From the NCBI GenBank assembly GCA_023489275.1, contig JAMDDD010000005.1, forward strand, positions 1,023-65,022: 64,000 bases of DNA, read 5' to 3'. Source of the DNA: Actinomycetota bacterium. GTDB lineage: Bacteria; Actinomycetota; Thermoleophilia; BMS3ABIN01. Of this stretch, positions 58,805 to 64,000 are shown in pieces (the first letter of the stretch is position 1; each line of letters starts with the position of its first letter). Below the pieces are notes generated by a model. The model saw nothing but the letters and a program-made list of their open reading frames with translations. It was not told where the DNA came from and searched no databases. A program made the position numbers and the translations under genes.

Positions 58805-60010
58805 CTAGCTGCTTGAGGAGCAAGCCGAGCCCGAAGCTGATTTTGCCGCGCAGCCGGCGCAGCTGTCGCCCGGCATCGTCTCAGGCTTTGCCGCTCTCTT
58901 CCAGGAAGCAAGCGGCGCGCCGCCGCGGCGCGCCTTAAGCAAGTCCACAAACGCTTCCAGCCTGGTGACCATCCCGGCGCGGCCGGTCTGCTCGTCAAAA
59001 GCCAGCGTCAAGACCGGGATGTCGTGCTGCTGCTGCACCTTGGGCAGGATGCTGGTCGCGATATTTTCCGGCATGCAGCCGAACGGCAGCAGCTGGATCA
59101 CGCCGTCGAAGCCGCGCTCGGCGAACAGCACCGTGCTGCCAATCGTCTCCCGGCCCTCGCCGCCAACGTTGTGACTCAGGAAAGGCTCTGCTTTCTCCGC
59201 CAGCAGATGCTTGGAAAAGCCAAAAATCTTGTTGTCTCTCCGGGGAGCGATCCAGTCAGTTACCCAGACGGTCCGCTCCAGGTAAACTCCCATATTTCCA
59301 AGGATTTCCTCAAGGTCAAAATTGCTGAATGGCTCCAGGAGCAGATAAAACTCACCAACGATCCCTACCTTGAAGATGTCCCGCCCGGGGTCCTGCTCGA
59401 CGGAGTTAATTACCGACATTGACTCTGCCGCCGCCGCCGTAACTTCCTCCGGTGAACGGGCCGCCGCCAGGATCTTCTCCGCCCGGCGCAGGGCTTTGTT
59501 GGTGTCCCCCCGGTTTACTTCGAAGGCACGCACCTGCAGCGACCGCCAGGTCAACCGGTCAAAGGCGCGCCCTTTGGTAAATGACGACTTGAGGATTTTC
59601 CATAGTTTCAATATTGATAGACCGGCAGAAAGTTCAGCAAACGTCCGGTAAAAGGCCCTGGGACCGTCCCGGAAAGGTTCCAGCATGATAAAGTCGAAAT
59701 CGTAGCCGAGATCACGGAGGATGCGCTCTTCGACGATGCCGTAATAGCCGAAACGGCAGGGACCGTGGCCGCCGGCCATGGCGATCGTGTTTGCCCCTTG
59801 CTCCAGCGCCTGGATGAAATTTCCCAAATTGATCTTGAGCGGCAGGCAGGCAAATTCGGGGCTATGCTTGACGCCTATTTGCAGGGTCTTCGTGGAGGAC
59901 GGCGGCGGCTTAATATACTCGACTCCGAGGCGGTCAAACAGGTCGTCGAGCAGCAGGTGCAGATTGCCCAGATGCGGGGTCGTCACTTTGATTTCACTCA
60001 CAGGCCTCAT
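58805..60010 (-). CDS. CoA-enzyme activase-associated protein (HgdA/B-like fold)
   Basis: SPEFACLPLK, GPCRFGYY, GIVGE, PFGCMPE and DEQTGRAGMVTRLEAF motifs. Confidence 0.8.
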   Translation of the reverse strand: MRPVSEIKVTTPHLGNLHLLLDDLFDRLGVEYIKPPPSSTKTLQIGVKHSPEFACLPLKINLGNFIQALEQGANTIAMAGGHGPCRFGYYGIVEERILRDLGYDFDFIMLEPFRDGPRAFYRTFAELSAGLSILKLWKILKSSFTKGRAFDRLTWRSLQVRAFEVNRGDTNKALRRAEKILAAARSPEEVTAAAAESMSVINSVEQDPGRDIFKVGIVGEFYLLLEPFSNFDLEEILGNMGVYLERTVWVTDWIAPRRDNKIFGFSKHLLAEKAEPFLSHNVGGEGRETIGSTVLFAERGFDGVIQLLPFGCMPENIATSILPKVQQQHDIPVLTLAFDEQTGRAGMVTRLEAFVDLLKARRGGAPLASWKRAAKPETMPGDSCAGCAAKSASGSACSSSS

Positions 60011-60079
60011 ATCTCAACACCATTCATGGTTTTTATCCAGCATCCGCCATCCAACATTCAACATTTACCATCTATTCTG

Positions 60080-61075
60080 CTATGCGGCGCTCATGGCGGA
60101 CTTCTTCCGGGTGAGCATGTCAACAAATGCCTCGATCCGGGTAACAAGCCCCGCTTCACCGCTATGCTCGTCGACCGTCAGTGACATCAGCGGCACTTTG
60201 TGCTGCCTGGCCCGGTGCTCGATCAGCACCTGGATCAGCGAGTCCGGCCCGCAGGCAAAGGCAAGGACGTAGATGACGCCGTCCACCAAGCGGTTGCCGG
60301 TCCAGTGGTTGATCGCTCCCATGATTTCCTTTTCGTAACTCCAGTAAAGCTGCTTCGGCACATCGGTTGCGGCTTCCATCAATACGTGATGGTCAGTCAT
60401 TTCCGGAACGATCAGCTCCACGCCTGTTTCTTCCAGGCGGGCAATCAGGTTCTGGGTGATATACCCGTCGTAAATATTGTAAGGATGACCGAGGAGCCCG
60501 ATGCGTCTGGGCCCTCCCTTGACCGGGGAACGCCAGCGGGGCCGGTTCAGCTTGCTGGCCGGGAGCAGGTCCAGCGGGCGCCGGCCCGCCACGAGGCTTT
60601 CCTCATAGCGCCGCTGCGCCACCTTGGCCGACTCCAGCGCCGCGACCCCGTCCAGCAGGCCGAGGCCGAACTGTTCCCGGGCAAAATTAATCAGCTGCCA
60701 TTTAAATTCGCTTGGCTTCTCCCGCTGGTTCAGCTTCGGCGTCAGCAACGGCGGCAGGCCGAGGTTGTCGGCCACGGCCCCGACCATGTCCGGGAGCCCG
60801 AGAAACTTGGGGCAGGTGTAAGCCCGCTCTTCGACACTGACCACGCGCGGCACGAACAGCGCGTCGACGCCGCTGTCGCGAAGCGACATACAGTGGCCAT
60901 AGAAAGCTTTCACCGGGACGCAGAGCTCGTTTTCCGCCACCTTAACGCCGGCGGAAAGGATTTTCTTGTTGGTTAGCGGAGAGGTCTCCACTTCCAGCCC
61001 CAAACCTGTCAGAAAAGTCTTCCAGAAGGGCAGGTATTTGTAATAAAGAAGTGATCTGGGAATGCCAACGCGCAT
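60080..61075 (-). CDS. Acyl-CoA dehydratase activase-related protein (DUF2229)
   Basis: VGIPRSL, CVPVK..GH, CPKFLGLPD, FACGPDS and DEHSGEAGLVTRIEAF motifs. Confidence 0.85.
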   Translation of the reverse strand: MRVGIPRSLLYYKYLPFWKTFLTGLGLEVETSPLTNKKILSAGVKVAENELCVPVKAFYGHCMSLRDSGVDALFVPRVVSVEERAYTCPKFLGLPDMVGAVADNLGLPPLLTPKLNQREKPSEFKWQLINFAREQFGLGLLDGVAALESAKVAQRRYEESLVAGRRPLDLLPASKLNRPRWRSPVKGGPRRIGLLGHPYNIYDGYITQNLIARLEETGVELIVPEMTDHHVLMEAATDVPKQLYWSYEKEIMGAINHWTGNRLVDGVIYVLAFACGPDSLIQVLIEHRARQHKVPLMSLTVDEHSGEAGLVTRIEAFVDMLTRKKSAMSAA

Positions 61076-61230
61076 AAAAGTCTTTGATTTAAGGGTTGCC
61101 TTAACTTGCCGCCGGGGGCTGGCAGAGCGCCACCGGAATTTCTCTAAAGAGACTTCCCTTTTTCAGTAACATCCAATCGGAAGGTTAAGTGATAGTAACG
61201 TGATTTGCCGCCGGTTGGCAAACTCCTTTG

Positions 61231-62343
61231 CTACCCACCCTGGATATCCCTCAGACTTTCCCTCCGAACCTGCTTGAAGCTCAGGCCCTCCTTGAGGAGA
61301 AAAGCGCTTCCCACTCCCAGACCGATCGACCCCTCAATTGCCTGCAATCCAATGGAAAAAGCCAGCGCCGTGGACTCGGTGATGCAGTGAAACTCGGGTG
61401 TGCAGGGATTGCCGCCGGCGGTGGATCCGTAGGCGATTGCCAGCGGGATGACGGTTGCCAGCTGAAAGATGCCCACATTGCCCGGCGTCGCCGGGAGCGC
61501 CCCGGCGACGTTAATCAGGATCAGCAGCAGCGTCGCCCCCAGAAAGCCGGTAAACCCGAGATGAAAGGCGTGCAGGGAAAGGAAAACGGCAGTCAGCTGA
61601 GACATCCAGGAGGCCGATGTGGTGCAGAGGATCGCCAGAACCCGCCCCGGGCTTCGCAGGACCTGCTGGCCTTCGCTGAAGCGGGCGACGATGCCATGCA
61701 GCTTTGTCAGCTGCTTGCGCCACCACGGATGTTCCTCGCGGTACCGCGCCTGGGCGGCGGCGGCGCCCGCCTTGATCTTTTCCCGCTTGATTTCCAGCAC
61801 TACCAGAGAAATGCCAAATATCAATGCTATGGCGAGAAGCACGATCGCGCCTCTGCCCGCCCAGGACGGCAGGTTCATCCGGAAAACCCCGTAAAAAATG
61901 ATCGCGGCCAGGACGAATCCATCAAACACGCGCTCGAGCACGATCGTGCCGAAGACGGTAGAGCGGGAGAGAGAATATCCGTTAAGCGACTCGCGACGCG
62001 ATATCACGTATGCGCGGGCCAGCTCGCCGATCCGCGCCGGTACCAGCGCGTTTACCAGAAAACCGATCATCAGCGCCGAGGTCAGGTCGCGCCAGCGGGC
62101 CCGGAAGCCGGGAAACGTAAAATTGTAGATGATTCTCCAACTGGCGACCTTGAGCAAGATGGAGGAGAGATTGGCAATAATCGCCAGAAAGACAAAAAAC
62201 CAGGAGACGCCCGCAAACGCGGACCAGACCTGGCGGTAGTTCACCTGCTTCGTAAGTACGTAAACAACCGCCGCCAGCAGGACGGCCAGCAGCCAGTGGC
62301 GAAGGGCCAGCCTCCCGATCTTGCTGATGGCCGGGAGCCTCAC
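61231..62343 (-). CDS. Lysylphosphatidylglycerol synthase TM/flippase-like protein
   Basis: NALVPARIGELAR, LERVFD and PATPGNVG motifs; polytopic. Confidence 0.85.
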   Translation of the reverse strand: MRLPAISKIGRLALRHWLLAVLLAAVVYVLTKQVNYRQVWSAFAGVSWFFVFLAIIANLSSILLKVASWRIIYNFTFPGFRARWRDLTSALMIGFLVNALVPARIGELARAYVISRRESLNGYSLSRSTVFGTIVLERVFDGFVLAAIIFYGVFRMNLPSWAGRGAIVLLAIALIFGISLVVLEIKREKIKAGAAAAQARYREEHPWWRKQLTKLHGIVARFSEGQQVLRSPGRVLAILCTTSASWMSQLTAVFLSLHAFHLGFTGFLGATLLLILINVAGALPATPGNVGIFQLATVIPLAIAYGSTAGGNPCTPEFHCITESTALAFSIGLQAIEGSIGLGVGSAFLLKEGLSFKQVRRESLRDIQGG

Positions 62344-63173
62344 CGGCGCCCGGCTCCTGCCTCCGCCTCCCGGATCAACTCCTCGAGCGTGACAAACTTA
62401 AGGCCCCGCGATCTGGCTTCCCTGATAATTCCCGGCAGCGCTGCGACTGTTTGCGAGCGGTCTTCCGGCTGCGGTCCCTGCCAGCCGTCATGAAGCAGGA
62501 GAATGCTCCCGGGATTAAGCAGCTCCGCCGTCCGCGAGACAATCACTTCCGTTCCCGGAAGCGCTGTATCCCACACTCCCTTGGTCCAGCCCGCCACCCG
62601 GTAGCCGCGCCCGGTAATGGCCCGGTGGGCCTTCGGACTCAACCAGCCATGGGGAGCCCGGAACAGCGGCGCCGGTTCGGTTATGCCTGCCTGTTTCAGC
62701 GCCCGCTCCCCTTCCTCCAGCTGCCGCAGGGCGGCTCCCGCCCCAGCCCACATGAGAATGTCATGATCGTCTCCGTGGTTGGCCACCCGGTGGCCGCCGG
62801 CCTCGATCCGGCGCACCAGCTCCGGACTCCGCCGCGCATTTTCTCCCAGGATAAAGAAGGTTGCCGTCACGCCTTCGCGCTTGAGGACTTCGAGAATCTG
62901 CTCCGTATACGGAGACCGCGGCCCGTCGTCAAAAGTAAGCGCGACGGAGCTGTCTGCCCCGGACCCGCGATAGAAAGTCTTTCCCAGGAGAGGGAAATTG
63001 GGAACCAGGAAAGAGTAGACAAACAGGCCATCGGCGGCAGCCCCGCCGCCCAGCAAAGCAGCCGCCAACCGTTTGTAGCCGCGATGCCAGAGAATGTGCG
63101 AAACTGATGCATCCGCCAGAAGGGCGCTGAAGCCAAGCGAGCCCAGGATCGACAGGGCCCTTCTTTTAGTCAC
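62340..63173 (-). CDS. Polysaccharide deacetylase (NodB domain)
   Basis: LTFDDGP, NH...H, FRAPHG and ILLLHDG motifs. Confidence 0.88.
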   Translation of the reverse strand: MTKRRALSILGSLGFSALLADASVSHILWHRGYKRLAAALLGGGAAADGLFVYSFLVPNFPLLGKTFYRGSGADSSVALTFDDGPRSPYTEQILEVLKREGVTATFFILGENARRSPELVRRIEAGGHRVANHGDDHDILMWAGAGAALRQLEEGERALKQAGITEPAPLFRAPHGWLSPKAHRAITGRGYRVAGWTKGVWDTALPGTEVIVSRTAELLNPGSILLLHDGWQGPQPEDRSQTVAALPGIIREARSRGLKFVTLEELIREAEAGAGRR

Positions 63174-64000
63174 TTTAGCGCGAAGGCCGTTTCGGGATCC
63201 GGCATGGCGGTAACAGCCTCGTCGATTCCGCCGTCAAGCAGCTTCAGGTAAAGCTGCTCGACCTGCTCCGCGACCAGGTCCCATGAATATTTTGCCAGCA
63301 CGGTTTTCCTGCCGTGCTCCCCCATGCGGTGGCGCAGCTCGGGATCTCTCAGAAGCCGGAGCAGGGCTTCGGCAAAAGCGGCCGGACCGGTTTCGCCGAC
63401 GAGGATGCCCTGCTTGCCGTCCTGCATTACCAGGCGGTAGCCGTTGATGTCGGAGGCCACCACCGGCTTGCCGGAAGCCATCGCCTCGAGCAGCACCACG
63501 CCGAAAGACGCTTTTGTGCAGGGGCTGCAATAAATGTCTGCGGAAGCGTAATAGCTCGGACGGCCGCCGTTGACAAGTCCGGCGAAGTGAATATCCGGGG
63601 CCAGCTCTTTGCTTACCAGCGAGCGGTAATATGGACGCAGGGGACCGTCGCCGACAACAATCAGGCGGCAGTTCGAGTACCGGGATTTGACGATCTTGAA
63701 AGCATCGATCATGGTGCGCAATCCGTTGCGGGGATCGAAGCGGCCGACAAAAAGAATATTCAGTTTGCCGTCATTGAATTCCGGCAGGACGGGGGCGTCC
63801 GGGGTAAAATAATCCGGGTCGACGCCGTTGGGAATAACCTCGTAATCGGTTTCGAAGTAACGGGAGAGCGCCTCGATGCAGGCTTCGGACACTACGATCT
63901 TTCCGTCCATTTTGTCCATGTGTGCCGCTGACTTCTTTGGCAGCATGGCATAACCGCGGCTCCTGTCGAAATATGTGTGGAAGGTTCCCACGGTCACCGG
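63170..64000 (-). CDS. Glycosyltransferase family 4 (PimA-like), 5'-truncated by the window edge
   Basis: VGTFH, IPNGVD and SFGVVLLEAMASGKPVVASDI motifs. Confidence 0.85.
   Translation of the reverse strand, partial: PVTVGTFHTYFDRSRGYAMLPKKSAAHMDKMDGKIVVSEACIEALSRYFETDYEVIPNGVDPDYFTPDAPVLPEFNDGKLNILFVGRFDPRNGLRTMIDAFKIVKSRYSNCRLIVVGDGPLRPYYRSLVSKELAPDIHFAGLVNGGRPSYYASADIYCSPCTKASFGVVLLEAMASGKPVVASDINGYRLVMQDGKQGILVGETGPAAFAEALLRLLRDPELRHRMGEHGRKTVLAKYSWDLVAEQVEQLYLKLLDGGIDEAVTAMPDPETAFALK

Overview
High-GC bacterial chromosome segment. Gene content and style suggest an Actinomycetota, probably a Thermoleophilia-like lineage with anaerobic and nickel metabolism; this is an inference. Most of the window is housekeeping: sugar-nucleotide and glycosyltransferase genes, ddl, two P-type ATPases, a Ni/Co ECF transporter operon with CooT, futalosine-type menaquinone genes, rex-hemL-hemB, cooC, the ksgA-ispE-glmU-prs-rplY-pth-mfd-prsA-mazG-eno block, trxA, an acyl-CoA dehydratase activase triplet, and tRNA-Arg(CCT) and tRNA-Gln(TTG). 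The standout is an about 8 kb plus-strand locus (32.5-40.5 kb) that contains one cassette twice. Each cassette is a large secreted protein ending in a shared ~105-aa 'KPAL..YWAS..DY..LSVDFT..TYP' domain, then a 41-aa peptide gene absent from the ORF track, then a strong hairpin. The peptide has a lasso/RRE-type YxxPxL..T leader and a CSGWQC-containing core. Between the two cassettes lie a lipoprotein and an HprK-like P-loop kinase. The two large proteins are a double beta-propeller with conserved His/Cys sextets and a tandem rhodanese. No lasso cyclase, B2 peptidase or RRE gene is in the window, so this looks like a non-canonical, possibly undescribed RiPP-like or surface-display system. Other items of note: an attenuator-like leader on the nickel operon, paired inverted heptamer arrays in intergenic gaps, a sortase-like protein with His replaced by Asp and no membrane anchor, and a frameshifted dedA.
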